Source: Octopus sinensis
Lineage: Eukaryota
Length of the DNA: 64,000 nt
Assembly: GCF_006345805.1 (NCBI RefSeq)
Contig: NC_043017.1
Coordinates: forward strand, 11,594,001 to 11,658,000
Direction of reading: 5' to 3'
The number at the start of each line of letters is the position of its first letter. The first letter of the stretch is position 1. Position numbers and translations under genes: made by a program. The notes under the pieces were generated by a model that saw only the letters and a list, made by a program, of their open reading frames with translations, was not told the origin of the DNA and ran no database searches. This document shows, piece after piece, positions 53,539 to 60,382 of this stretch.

Positions 53539-54065
53539 CATACATGTGTGTGTATTTCAAACTGTAACTACTTAGTCATTCGGCAAAAATGAAACCGACA
53601 GACTTAAGTGCCAAATTACAAAAAATAATATGAGCTGCGGTCGCTTTGGTCGACGGCCGAACAGTGGAAGGCGGTGCCCCAGAAGACCCGTAAGTCCAGT
53701 GGTTAAAACAAGGAAAAGAAAATGAAGAAAACCAGTGAAAATATCTACAAAAACTATGAATAAAATAAACTCAGTGAAACATTCACAATTTTTAAACCCC
53801 ATCCAACGGTTTCGGTTTGCCACCCACTTCCAGGTGACAGACCTAAATAAACATACTATATTGAAACAAATGTTATTTCGTTTTCAATGAAAAATGAACA
53901 GAACACATAGATACAGCATATTCAATCAATTAAGAAAGTAGCTTTTATACATTCTTCCAATTTTTTTTATGTATATACATGAAACAAACCGCATACCTCT
54001 TCTTCGGCTGCATTTAACACTTCTGCGATATCTGTACTAGCACTTACATCTTGACTTTCAGCCAT
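614..54065 (-). CDS. VPS8: Vacuolar protein sorting-associated protein 8 homolog (CORVET subunit); 33 coding exons in window, 1043 codons, 3'-partial
   Basis: Hand-spliced exons give a continuous ORF. Peptides match recalled metazoan VPS8 in collinear order: [109 protein letters not shown]. All introns are GT-AG with compatible phases. Confidence 0.97.
1970..2109 (-). CDS. VPS8: VPS8 exon 32 ([14 protein letters not shown]...[11 protein letters not shown])
   Basis: Collinear match; tccag / gtgagt, ends phase 2. Confidence 0.92.
2688..2786 (-). CDS. VPS8: VPS8 exon 31 ([33 protein letters not shown])
   Basis: VF.YI..IL...S.EEK pattern; ctcag / gtaagt. Confidence 0.93.
3593..3677 (-). CDS. 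VPS8: VPS8 exon 30 ([28 protein letters not shown])
   Basis: CEF.YE....YDKI motif; tccag / gtaaga. Confidence 0.96.
4087..4575 (-). mobile_element. RTE LINE 3' end (same family as 8238-9485)
   Basis: GLTEAMT...W.Y.V..KT ORF end, GGATGCCYTTCYTAAYGCCAACCACT UTR motif, (ATG)n tail. Further copies near 9775, 11570, 14020, 14540, 17590, 22890, 44100, 47290 and 51080. Confidence 0.8.
4599..4834. repeat. Perfect inverted repeat, 116-bp arms, 4-nt loop
   Basis: Arms 4599-4714 and 4719-4834 read as exact reverse complements. Confidence 0.95.
4971..5203 (-). CDS. VPS8: VPS8 exon 29 ([14 protein letters not shown]...LAENAK)
   Basis: Conserved motifs; tgcag / gtaagt. Confidence 0.97.
5575..5795. mobile_element. 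piggyBac-type MITE (TTAA/CCCTTT), family 1
   Basis: TTAA-CCCTTTTGTTACC ... GGTATGAAAAGGG-TTAA. Confidence 0.8.
5986..6273 (+). mobile_element. tRNA-derived SINE, family A
   Basis: A box TGGCCCAGTGG and B box GTTTCGATTCC; copies at 31350, 39383 and 57398. Confidence 0.88.
6661..6935 (+). mobile_element. RTE LINE 3' end, second family, with C-terminal zinc-finger-like motif
   Basis: Translates [11 protein letters not shown]...[23 protein letters not shown]. Confidence 0.85.
7103..7169 (-). CDS. VPS8: VPS8 exon 28 ([22 protein letters not shown])
   Basis: QR..DILL.VMVE motif; tgcag / gtgagt. Confidence 0.96.
7323..7785 (-). mobile_element. Mariner relic (transposase C-terminus plus one TIR)
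   Basis: WEVL...YLANL.PSDFHL (YSPDLAPSD-like), EQFF.SK...FF..GI..L...WQKV; TA followed by TTGGGTTGGCCATAAAGTT end. Confidence 0.85.
7889..7923 (-). CDS. VPS8: VPS8 exon 27 ([11 protein letters not shown])
   Basis: 35 nt; cacag / gtaaga; phases fit both neighbours. Confidence 0.9.
8065..8138 (-). CDS. VPS8: VPS8 exon 26 ([24 protein letters not shown])
   Basis: [17 protein letters not shown] motif; tccag / gtaagt. Confidence 0.97.
8238..9485 (-). mobile_element. RTE-clade LINE 3' portion (RT C-terminus, 3'UTR, (ATG)n tail)
   Basis: [48 protein letters not shown] motifs continuing into the repeated 3'UTR. Confidence 0.9.
10743..11215. repeat. Degenerate tandem array, about 7 units of 62-77 bp
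   Basis: Recurring CCCTTYRGATCAAA core. Confidence 0.75.
11366..11411 (-). CDS. VPS8: VPS8 exon 25 ([15 protein letters not shown])
   Basis: VF....LH pattern, fills the phase 0 to phase 1 gap exactly; tttag / gtaggt. Confidence 0.88.
12143..12215 (-). CDS. VPS8: VPS8 exon 24 ([24 protein letters not shown])
   Basis: CLAGR.YPLGDIP motif; tttag / gtaaag. Confidence 0.96.
12971..13216. repeat. Imperfect inverted repeat, about 110-bp arms, 21-nt loop
   Basis: Direct comparison; loop contains CTGATGA. Confidence 0.9.
14837..14879 (-). CDS. VPS8: VPS8 exon 23 ([13 protein letters not shown])
   Basis: GNKLLVYIS motif; tacag / gtaagt; follows a 92-nt intron. Confidence 0.96.
14972..15113 (-). CDS. 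VPS8: VPS8 exon 22 ([25 protein letters not shown]...GKQLT)
   Basis: LYDA.IYVYN.GMN motif; tctag / gtgagt. Confidence 0.97.
15630..16018 (+). mobile_element. Short RTE-derived non-autonomous retroposon (5'UTR-like part joined to 3' end, AAGT tail)
   Basis: GC-rich island ending [17 protein letters not shown], then CAAGTACAAGTAAGTAAGTA. Resemblance to RTE 5'UTR/3' ends is from recall. Confidence 0.6.
16147..16369 (-). CDS. VPS8: VPS8 exon 21 ([11 protein letters not shown]...[10 protein letters not shown]...TLDIHH)
   Basis: Conserved motif; ttcag / gtaagt. Confidence 0.97.
17166..17212 (-). CDS. VPS8: VPS8 exon 20 ([15 protein letters not shown])
   Basis: VPV.VDYCL motif; cccag / gtaagt, ends phase 2. 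Confidence 0.94.
18204..18417. mobile_element. piggyBac-type MITE, family 1
   Basis: TTAA-CCCTTTCATTAC ... GTAACGAAAGGG-TTAA; ends resemble the 26478 element. Confidence 0.85.
18546..18638 (-). CDS. VPS8: VPS8 exon 19 ([31 protein letters not shown])
   Basis: CP..GKI motif; ttcag / gtaaac. Confidence 0.94.
19720..20110 (-). mobile_element. Unclassified retroposon with (AAT)n tail
   Basis: Dispersed repeat; diverged partial copy at about 52650-52900 in opposite orientation. Confidence 0.6.
21271..21491. mobile_element. piggyBac-type MITE, family 2 (extra right end at 21544)
   Basis: TTAA-CCCTTTAG ... CTAAAGGG-TTAA; near-identical to 30658 and 51805 copies. Confidence 0.85.
21762..21899 (-). 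CDS. VPS8: VPS8 exon 18 (RIEVLVKQ...[13 protein letters not shown]...KDL)
   Basis: Conserved motif; tacag / gtacgt. Confidence 0.97.
22039..22348 (-). mobile_element. Non-autonomous Helitron-like element
   Basis: TC...hairpin-CTAG termini, A|T site; shares 3' end with the 27447 copy. Confidence 0.78.
22400..22760 (+). mobile_element. Mariner relic (transposase C-terminus, frameshifted)
   Basis: [15 protein letters not shown]...DDEVKSA...[18 protein letters not shown]. Confidence 0.8.
23301..23411 (-). CDS. VPS8: VPS8 exon 17 ([24 protein letters not shown]...RSWME)
   Basis: GE.ACYQS...GGQ.F.LGT motif; atcag / gtacgt. Confidence 0.96.
24319..24607. repeat. Near-perfect inverted repeat, 138-bp arms, 13-nt loop
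   Basis: About 3 mismatches by eye. Confidence 0.95.
24897..25195 (+). mobile_element. R4/Dong-like (RLE) LINE 3' fragment
   Basis: [10 protein letters not shown]...VVP.IIGALG...W..KIG...LLGT.KII.RVL C-terminus; flanked by TAA repeats. Confidence 0.8.
26478..27926 (+). mobile_element. Internally deleted piggyBac-superfamily transposon
   Basis: TTAA on both sides, 12-bp perfect TIR CCCTTTCGTTAC. ORF 26850+ has an acidic N-terminus then F..F...[10 protein letters not shown]...[14 protein letters not shown]...LP (PGBD-type) with a stop, and is truncated. Confidence 0.92.
27447..27828 (-). mobile_element. Non-autonomous Helitron-like element nested in the piggyBac relic
   Basis: Minus strand starts TC, ends GC-rich hairpin plus CTAG, inserted between A and T with no TSD. 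Confidence 0.8.
29005..29250 (+). mobile_element. R4/Dong-like LINE 3' fragment, diverged
   Basis: [11 protein letters not shown]...[20 protein letters not shown]; TAA/TGA repeats on both sides. Confidence 0.72.
29783..30210 (-). mobile_element. CR1-clade LINE 3' fragment, family 1
   Basis: [25 protein letters not shown]...WNKLP C-terminal signature; (TTAAC)n tail. Confidence 0.92.
30658..30871. mobile_element. piggyBac-type MITE, family 2
   Basis: CCCTTTAG ... CTAAAGGG-TTAA. Confidence 0.8.
31170..31256 (-). CDS. VPS8: VPS8 exon 16 ([29 protein letters not shown])
   Basis: Highly conserved motif; ttcag / gtaaat. Confidence 0.97.
31350..31655 (+). mobile_element. tRNA-derived SINE, family A, with 13-bp TSD
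   Basis: TSD ACATAGCTTAGTT at 31337-31349 and 31656-31668. Confidence 0.92.
31909..32298 (-). mobile_element. Composite SINE family D
   Basis: Reverse complement of the 36850 copy. Confidence 0.88.
32604..32687 (-). CDS. VPS8: VPS8 exon 15 ([28 protein letters not shown])
   Basis: W.N.RT...LD..EK.HVID....EELE motif; gccag / gtaagt. Confidence 0.96.
33544..33624 (-). CDS. VPS8: VPS8 exon 14 ([27 protein letters not shown])
   Basis: Expected length and position; ttcag / gtaagt; phase 0/0. Confidence 0.85.
35997..36208. repeat. GC-rich 16-bp minisatellite (CTTGCCCTGGCCTGCR), about 13 units
   Basis: Direct reading. Confidence 0.95.
36646..36768 (-). CDS. VPS8: VPS8 exon 13 ([14 protein letters not shown]...[15 protein letters not shown])
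   Basis: PLLAW.FV and P.LAF.R motifs; tccag / gtaaaa. Confidence 0.95.
36850..37260 (+). mobile_element. Composite SINE family D
   Basis: GGCGCAGGAGTGGCTGTGTGG head, GGTTCAGTCCC, CYTTGGGCAA core, internal (TA)n(TG)n, GAGTAAA tail. Copies near 12450(-), 18770(-), 20510(-), 23810(+), 40270(+), 42645(+) and 56780(+). Confidence 0.88.
37454..37587. repeat. Tandem duplication of about 67 bp
   Basis: Two near-identical units. Confidence 0.9.
37636..37692 (-). CDS. VPS8: VPS8 exon 12 ([19 protein letters not shown])
   Basis: Collinear match; tccag / gtaccc (weak donor). Confidence 0.9.
38077..38575. repeat. Nested inverted duplications
   Basis: 38077-38117 vs 38228-38268, and the enclosed segment re-inverted at about 38477-38572. 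Confidence 0.85.
38706..38808 (-). CDS. VPS8: VPS8 exon 11 ([11 protein letters not shown]...LAMASLSK)
   Basis: GEVC.IEPLH and LAMASL.K motifs; tccag / gtaaga. Confidence 0.96.
39383..39691 (-). mobile_element. tRNA-derived SINE, family A
   Basis: Reverse complement of the 31350 copy. Confidence 0.9.
40119..40169 (-). CDS. VPS8: VPS8 exon 10 ([16 protein letters not shown])
   Basis: GVRTCES.CLFSG motif; ttcag / gtatgt. Confidence 0.96.
41912..42340 (+). mobile_element. CR1-clade LINE 3' fragment, family 1
   Basis: [25 protein letters not shown] signature. Confidence 0.92.
43189..43256 (-). CDS. VPS8: VPS8 exon 9 ([22 protein letters not shown])
   Basis: DSGGSVFEL motif; ttcag / gtaagt, ends phase 2. 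Confidence 0.96.
44329..44415 (-). CDS. VPS8: VPS8 exon 8 ([29 protein letters not shown])
   Basis: Highly conserved motif; tctag / gtaagt. Confidence 0.97.
45448..45572 (-). CDS. VPS8: VPS8 exon 7 ([12 protein letters not shown]...LLCGFAKGQ)
   Basis: Conserved WD/beta-propeller segment; tttag / gtaaat. Confidence 0.96.
46751..46805 (-). CDS. VPS8: VPS8 exon 6 ([18 protein letters not shown])
   Basis: Conserved motif; tacag / gtgagt, ends phase 1. Confidence 0.95.
47161..47279. repeat. AT-rich inverted repeat, about 52-bp arms
   Basis: Direct comparison. Confidence 0.85.
48048..48080 (-). CDS. VPS8: VPS8 exon 5 ([11 protein letters not shown])
   Basis: 33-nt exon, VDAG.P.AI motif; ttcag / gtaagt. 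Confidence 0.93.
49012..49102 (-). CDS. VPS8: VPS8 exon 4 ([30 protein letters not shown])
   Basis: HG.V....L..ISAQ..SAA motif; ttccag / gtaagt. Confidence 0.93.
49630..50210 (-). repeat. Locally tandem-duplicated SINE D fragments (about 200-bp units)
   Basis: Units share a private CTTGCTCCTGTTGGAGCAAG hairpin. Confidence 0.75.
50215..50829 (+). mobile_element. CR1-clade LINE 3' fragment, family 2
   Basis: [34 protein letters not shown]...WN.LP motifs; (ATT)n tail. Confidence 0.93.
50842..50981 (-). CDS. VPS8: VPS8 exon 3 ([13 protein letters not shown]...DRPRQRT)
   Basis: tttgtag acceptor, gtgagt donor, acidic/Ser-rich stretch as in VPS8 N-terminus, ends phase 2. Confidence 0.88.
51620..51780 (-). 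mobile_element. RTE LINE ORF-end fragment
   Basis: [22 protein letters not shown]. Confidence 0.75.
51805..52025. mobile_element. piggyBac-type MITE, family 2
   Basis: TTAA-CCCTTTAG ... CTAAAGAG-TTAA. Confidence 0.85.
52129..52197 (-). CDS. VPS8: VPS8 exon 2 ([23 protein letters not shown])
   Basis: Acceptor tgcag, donor gtaagt; matches the [15 protein letters not shown] motif. Confidence 0.95.
53321..53419. repeat. Inverted repeat, 32-bp arms, 35-nt loop
   Basis: One mismatch; loop holds a hammerhead-like core on the minus strand. Confidence 0.9.
53997..54065 (-). CDS. VPS8: VPS8 exon 1 ([23 protein letters not shown])
   Basis: ATG in AAGATGG context, in-frame TGA 10 codons upstream, donor GAG|gtatgc, phase 0 fits exon 2. 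Sequence is poorly conserved, so support is from signals and position. Confidence 0.75.
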
Positions 54066-54500
54066 CTTCTCACCAGATTGACGGAATACACCTCAACTGT
54101 TATTCCATATTCTCGGTTCTTTCAAATAAGTAATAAACGTTATTCAATAATAAATCATTTTGTAAAATATTCGCTGTGGCTTATTCTGTGTTTACGACAA
54201 AGATTTAAATATTTTAAAAGATAAAACGACTTGTTTGGAATTTTTTTTTATGCAAAACCATTCTTAAACACTTATTGTATTTATTTACAATAACCAGACG
54301 TTCGTTTTTTATTTCTAAATTTTACCGGTGTAAAGCTTTTAAAGTTTCTCTTATATAAGATATCCACATTGCTCCACTTATTTCTGACCAATCAGCAAGA
54401 GAGCTTTTGGTCGATCGATTTGCTAGAAATAATAATCAAATCTTCCTCAAATTACACTGTGCATGTGGAAAGAAGATGGGGAGAATTCTGATCTGAGCAA
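54066..54500 (-). promoter_or_regulatory. Probable VPS8 5'UTR/promoter with NF-Y-type CCAAT box (TGACCAATCAG, CCAAT at 54388-54392)
   Basis: Repeat-free, CpG-containing stretch upstream of the ATG; YY1-like AAGATGGC overlaps the start codon. TSS not determinable. Confidence 0.35.
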
Positions 54501-54939
54501 ATCATTTAATTATTGGCCATAACTTTTTTCTTTTTCTTTTTTTTTATATGAATAATTTGTTCGAATTTCCATTTTCAACTTGGAAAATTAACGTTTCTGT
54601 GGAATATATATATTTTCCACAGAAACATTAATTTATATATATATATATATAGAGAGAGAGATAGATAGATAGATATTCTTTAAAAATTTGACTCTACTTT
54701 CCAAATTTTTTCTTTTCTTTTCTTTTTGCTTAAAAATGTTTTTTGGGGGAAGTGCTTGGTTCGTTTTTTAGAGTAGATATTACGATTCGGGAGGGGGGCA
54801 TATTTTCAAAATTTCAAAAAATGTTCGAAGTCGAATGGAAAACTTGCACACCATTTCGCGCATCCGCAATGTACGAGATCAATTCTGAAATCTTTCGTTT
54901 TGTCGATTAGTAAAGGCGAAGGTATAATTACCTAATTAC

Positions 54940-55335
54940 CGAGCTGGCAGAAACGTTAGAACGCCTGGCGAAATGCTTAGCGGTATTTCGTCTGCCGTTA
55001 CGTTGTGAGTTCAAATTCCGCCGAGGTCGACTTTGCCTTTCATCCTTTCGGGGTCAATAAATAAAGTACCAGTTACACACTGGGTCGATGTAATTGACTT
55101 AATACCTATGTCTGTCCTTGTTTAGCCCCTTGTGGGTAATAAAGAAATAGGTATTTCGTCTCTGCCGTTACGTTGTGAGTTCAAATTCCGCCGAGGTCGA
55201 CTTTGCTTTTCATCCTTTCGGGGTCGATAAATAAAGTACCAGTTACGCACTGAGGTCGATGTAATCGACTTAATACCTATGTCTGTCCTTGTTTGTCCCG
55301 TCTATGTTTAGCCCCTTGTGGGTAATAAAGAAATA
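54940..55335 (+). mobile_element. SINE family B, partial head-to-tail dimer
   Basis: GAGCTGGCAGAAACGTTAG head, GAGTTCAAATTCC B box, CCTTTCATCCTTTCGGGGTCGATAAA core. Monomers near 1222, 1447, 5340, 10040, 28700, 29340, 41347, 44675, 46480, 48160 and 52420. Confidence 0.88.
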
Positions 55336-57024
55336 GGTATAATTAAAGGAAAACTTTTGTACTGTGTGTAAAAGTTTTTAAAGCTGCTTTCATTTTGTGT
55401 GTGTCTGACAGGCTTATCCTTTTTATCTTCTCACTCTTTTACTTGTTTCAGTCTTTGGACTACGATCCATACCGAGGCGTCAGCCGGAGGGGTTTAGTCC
55501 GATAAATCGACTACAGTACAAATTTTTTTTTAAGAGTCTGGTAGTTATTCTATTGGTTTTCTTTGCTGAACCGCTAGGTTACAAGGAAAAGTAAACAATC
55601 TAACAACACCGGTTCACAATCGGTGGATGGGTGTTAGGACAACGACTAACACAAAAATACGCAGACATCCTCCCACGCATATACAACCAAAAATTCACTG
55701 TCAAGGCATTGGTCGGACTGGAACTATAGTAATAGACACCAACCCAAGGTGCCACGGGAATCTGGAAAAACTGGGATTTTCTGAAAGAGAAATCGGCCGG
55801 CTAATTCATAAATTACAAGTGCGATCTGGGAGTGGGACAGTAAAAGTGTGCAAGACTTTTCTCAAATTCCAAATGTGAATTTGTGTTAACTACATCTCAA
55901 AGACGGAGCCTTGTACCTTTGTTGGAAACCGGCTCCCTCCTCAGTGGAAGACTTATAATAATTAAAAAAATAGAAGACACACACACGCATACACACACAC
56001 ACATACATACATACATGGTGGCTGCCCCCTCGTTATCGTGTATGGCCATTGCACAAAGCTTAATCAATGTTGTTATCGTGCAATGCCTGTGCAGGAAGAC
56101 TTTTTTGTAAAGTGAGGAAAGGCTGTGCACTGAGTCAATCCCACTCACTAAGCAACAGCAGCCATAATCCGAAAAGAAGAACAAGTCAACATCATCGGTA
56201 ACCACTGAGCCGCAGGTTTTATGTCGGAGTTATCCCAGTTACCTGAGTTTCCTTCCCCTAGAAGGATGCCCTAACAAAGGCTAGGAGCCCTCACTCCTAA
56301 TGGTTTAACCGCGCGATCGGGTATTCAGTCCGATTATTTCTATGTCCCCGCGCATGATACAGCCTTAAGACATTTATTGGATGGCCGTTGACTCTCAAGA
56401 GTTCCTCCGCCCTTTGACGGGTTTTGTTTTTCTACATACGTACGTACATACATACTCGTACATATACATTTGTGTTTATAGTACTATTTCTAGCAAGACG
56501 AGGATGCATAAAAAAAACAGGGGAAACAACTATTTATATAAACTATGAAGCCAAGGGAAGCAACTTATGTTCATGCTTTTATATATTTTTAAAAATATAA
56601 ATCAAGACAAACACAGTAGATCTAGTGTAATATTTCTTTTTTTTTAAAATCATATTTTGAGAAAAATAGCATCTTTGACCTCAGGTTTACAAAAGTTCAA
56701 TCTGTGGTTCAATAACTCTTCAGTGAAAGTGATTGCTGGGTAACATGGACAAAATTTTTATTTATTCATACACAAACATAGGCGCAGGAGTGGCTGTGTG
56801 GTAAGTAGCTTGTCTACCATCCACATGGTTCCGGGTTCAGTCTCACTGCGTGGCACCTTGGGCAAGTGTCTTCTACTATAGCCTCGGCCCGACCAGAGCC
56901 TTGTGAGTGGATTTATATAGTTAATCCAAACAAGAAAACACAGAAAAAAAGAGAAAAAAACACAGCAACGCAGGACGTGGAACAATTAAAGTATTATTGA
57001 CGCTCAGGAAAGAAGGGAAGGAGG

Positions 57025-57059
57025 GTTTAACGTTTCGAGCGGAGCTCTTCGTCGGAAAC
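57025..57059 (-). ncRNA. Candidate minimal type I hammerhead ribozyme motif (Penelope-like terminal repeat remnant)
   Basis: GTTT CCGACGA A GAGC TCC GCTC GAAA C GT T AAAC: stem I 4 bp, stem II 4 bp, palindromic ACGT stem III. Confidence 0.55.
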
Positions 57060-57397
57060 AAGGAGAAGGAAAGTGGGCTTACAAAAGAATAAGTCCCGGG
57101 GTCGAGTTGCTCGATTAAAGGCGGTGCTCCAGCATGACCGCAGTCATATGACTAAAAGAGATCAGTGTCTTTCTCCCCAAACGTCGATCGCACGGCAATG
57201 CTTAAACTTAGAGTCTAAACAACAACGACGACGACTACGTCAATTCACATAAATTAAGAGATTGTAGGGTTCCCGACCAAGTTATCTTGTGCCCTCTTTT
57301 TAATAAAGGCTGCTTACTCCCAGTTCTTTGTATCAACGTTGGTAAATTTGATCCAGGATCTGTGACTTTACTCGATCCTGGAATACTAGAACAACTA

Positions 57398-57780
57398 GTG
57401 GAGGCGCAATGGCCCAGTGGTTAGGGCAGCGGACTCGCGGTCATAGGATCGCGGTTTCGATTCCCAGACCGGGCGTTGTGAGTGTTTATTGAGCGAAAAC
57501 ACCTAAAGCTCCACGAGGCTCCGGCAGGGATGGTGGTGATTCCTGCTGTACTCTTTCACCACAACTTTCTCTCACTCTTACTTCCTGTTTCTGTTGTACC
57601 TGTATTTCAAAGGGCCGGCCTTGTCACTCTCTGTGTCACGCTGAATATCCCCGAGAACTACGTTAAGGGTGCACGTGTCTGTGGAGTGCTCAGCCACTTA
57701 CACGTTAATTTCACGAGCAGGCTGTTCCGTTGATTCGGATCAACCGGAACCCTCGTCGTCGTAACCGACGGAGTGCTTCC
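57398..57780 (+). mobile_element. tRNA-derived SINE with family A head and different 3' body
   Basis: 13-bp TSD ACTAGAACAACTA at 57385-57397 and 57781-57793. Confidence 0.9.
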
Positions 57781-60382
57781 ACTAGAACAACTACGGGTGG
57801 TGGACAGAATGCTTTGTATTGTGTTAGTAATTCCGACCCCCGAGTTCAAATCCCGCCAATGTCGATATTAAGAAAAAAAATTTTCCGATACAGAGTGGTG
57901 GATTGGCTGAAATCTGAGACCACCCGACCAGATACCTTACAGTATTTGTTTCGGCACTTTGCGTTCTGAGCTCAAATCCAACTGAGGCCATCTTTGTCTT
58001 TCATTATATACCACATGTGCCAAAGTAGGATGGTGGAAACGCCTTGTGGTGTTTGTCAAATCCTGCCATGGCCTACATGAGTGGTAGACTTAATCCGTCA
58101 CCCGATTTAACACCTACACCCCGTACACTGCATACCCTGGATATCTTAAGTGGACACCAATCCCTTGGAAGTATCCGGGTCAAATCTCTGGTTCGAGGAT
58201 ACCTTCCTCTCTCTCTCTCTCTCCTCCCCCTCTCTCTCGCCTGCTTGTTTTGGTGCTCTGAAAGGGCCATGGATAGTGATTTGTCTCTTGACTAAAAGAA
58301 AGAAATGAAGCAAAGCCAGAAAAGGCCCTTATCAGTGCATGCTGAGTTAAGATCGATACACTCTTACCATAATTTTTACTCTCACTCACACTTCGTTAAA
58401 TTTACCAGAGGGCAGGGCCTCTCGATCTTCCACACCCTCCCGTCCAAGTGAAATTTTGAAAGCACTGATGAAGGCTTGGTCAAAGGGAGAAGTATTTGTT
58501 CTCAGTCTACCATTTTATTCAACATATAATTTCTTTTAACATAACAAGGACCGTCTGAACTATATCATTTTGTCCCGGGCTAAAGTAAAGCAAAGGGCTG
58601 CCTACATATACAAACACTACCTACATAGACGTGCAATGCTTCCTCACTAGATTCAAGAGGATCCCTGACAACTGACCGTTGTGTGCATGTTTTAAGATGG
58701 TACTGATCATATCTACCGGACAGTGGAAAATGGCCTGCCCCTCCTGGCCAAAAGAAGACAGCCAGACAATTCTTACTATAGATTTGACTGAAAGCCGGGG
58801 CCGTCCCCTCCATGCGACGACATTTGTTCGTCTTAATTCTACAAGTCAACAGTAATTCGAAAAGTCAGTAATGATCAGGTATTATAAGAATGTATGGAAA
58901 ATAGTTTTGTTGCTCTGGGTGCATCTCAGAAAAGACTGGCTGACGGTGCTACTGAGCCTTTAAATTTTATCTTGAACTGGCAATACCTTGAAGGTAATAC
59001 AGCTAGGCCAGGGATTTCTAAGAGTTATCCATATTCGTTGGGTTAAAAGCCCTCCTAAACAGATACTTCATTTAGTTGTATTTCATCGATGTCTGGAGTC
59101 TCTTTGAGAACATCAACGCTTTTGATCACGATTAACGTTGTATATAATGCCGGGTTTGCCACATCGCCTGCCATATTTCTTGGCTGGTAGAGATTTGTGA
59201 ACACCTAGCGACGTTCAAACATCTACCATTGGTCTTTGCAAGACGTAAGCCTGTAACTCCGAAAAATGGTGGGCTGTGAGAAAACATAACCGACAAACGA
59301 GTACCACACCTGCTCAACGTCCAGGATCCTCTGTAGATATCTGTCCATCGATAGCCACAGCATACCGAGCCCGCCAGATACAATGTTGGTAATATCCGGA
59401 CCTTCTGACTTGTAGAATTACAACTACACTTGCTTGACATCTATGAATCTATTGACAGCTGCTCTCACTAGCCACAGCATACCAAACCCTCCGGACACAA
59501 GGTGTTGGCATTAGCTGGACAATCCCCACTAATAGAAAGTTTTCACAAGAAATAAAAGACGACGGTCCAGTCTGGTCTAATGAAAACTAGGTCATGGTTT
59601 ATGATTAAGGGGATACGGAAAAGCAATGTATGCGTACGTCAATTTTGCTTCAGCTTTTAGAGATAGTAACTTATTAGCTTAGTTCTGAGTAAGACTGGCC
59701 ACCCCTACTTGAAGCTCGGTACCAGTCGCTATTCATCTGTCGGATTTGTGTGAACCAAACCCCGGTCCAACAAGTCACAACCATGACGGGCGCGTCAGAG
59801 TTGGTGACTTAAAAGACCTCTGACTTACTCTGGTTAATGTGTGCTTCTATTACTTCTTTGTATTTTTTCTGTATTGCATGAGTTCAGGTTACACACACAC
59901 ACACGCCAAACCAGAACCAGAACCAGAAATGGCTCTGACGAAAGTAGCATTAAGTTTTTTTACGTCGTTCAATTTTTCCCAGCTGATCAATAGACCTATC
60001 AGTAAAGTACCTGTAATGACTACTGGAAACAGCTGTAAGGCAAATTTGCTCTAATAAAGGAAAAACATGTAATGACAAGTATTTATACCTTGTCTTACAC
60101 ACACTACACATTCATAAAACTGGTACGACGAACCATCCAAAATATTTTCCCTTTACACACCGATTCACCTATCCATTACTAACAGTTTCTCAGCAACTGT
60201 TATCGAATTTACGCAACAATCCACTGGCTCTGATCATCGGTAACCCCAAACGTTTGAGAACATTGCAGCTGGAAAGCCCAGGATCAAACATTACACTCTC
60301 GCCGAAGGCGATTGCAGGTTTATTACCACGTCACGTCTCTGCCACTCGAGTCATTAAACGGTTTTCTTTCTTTCAAAAGGTG

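Noticed and set aside
53572-53830. 83-aa minus-strand ORF in intron 1 with a CTGGAAG...GAAACCGTT motif
   Set aside because: No recognisable product. The hammerhead-like core is too degenerate and stem I does not form; probably repeat debris.
58464-58500. CTGATGA motif (also CTGACGA near 59934)
   Set aside because: No downstream stem II plus GAAA, so no hammerhead fold.
59772-59810. Hairpin with ATGA...GA considered as a SECIS element
   Set aside because: Upper helix is far too short and there is no apical AAR; no selenoprotein nearby.
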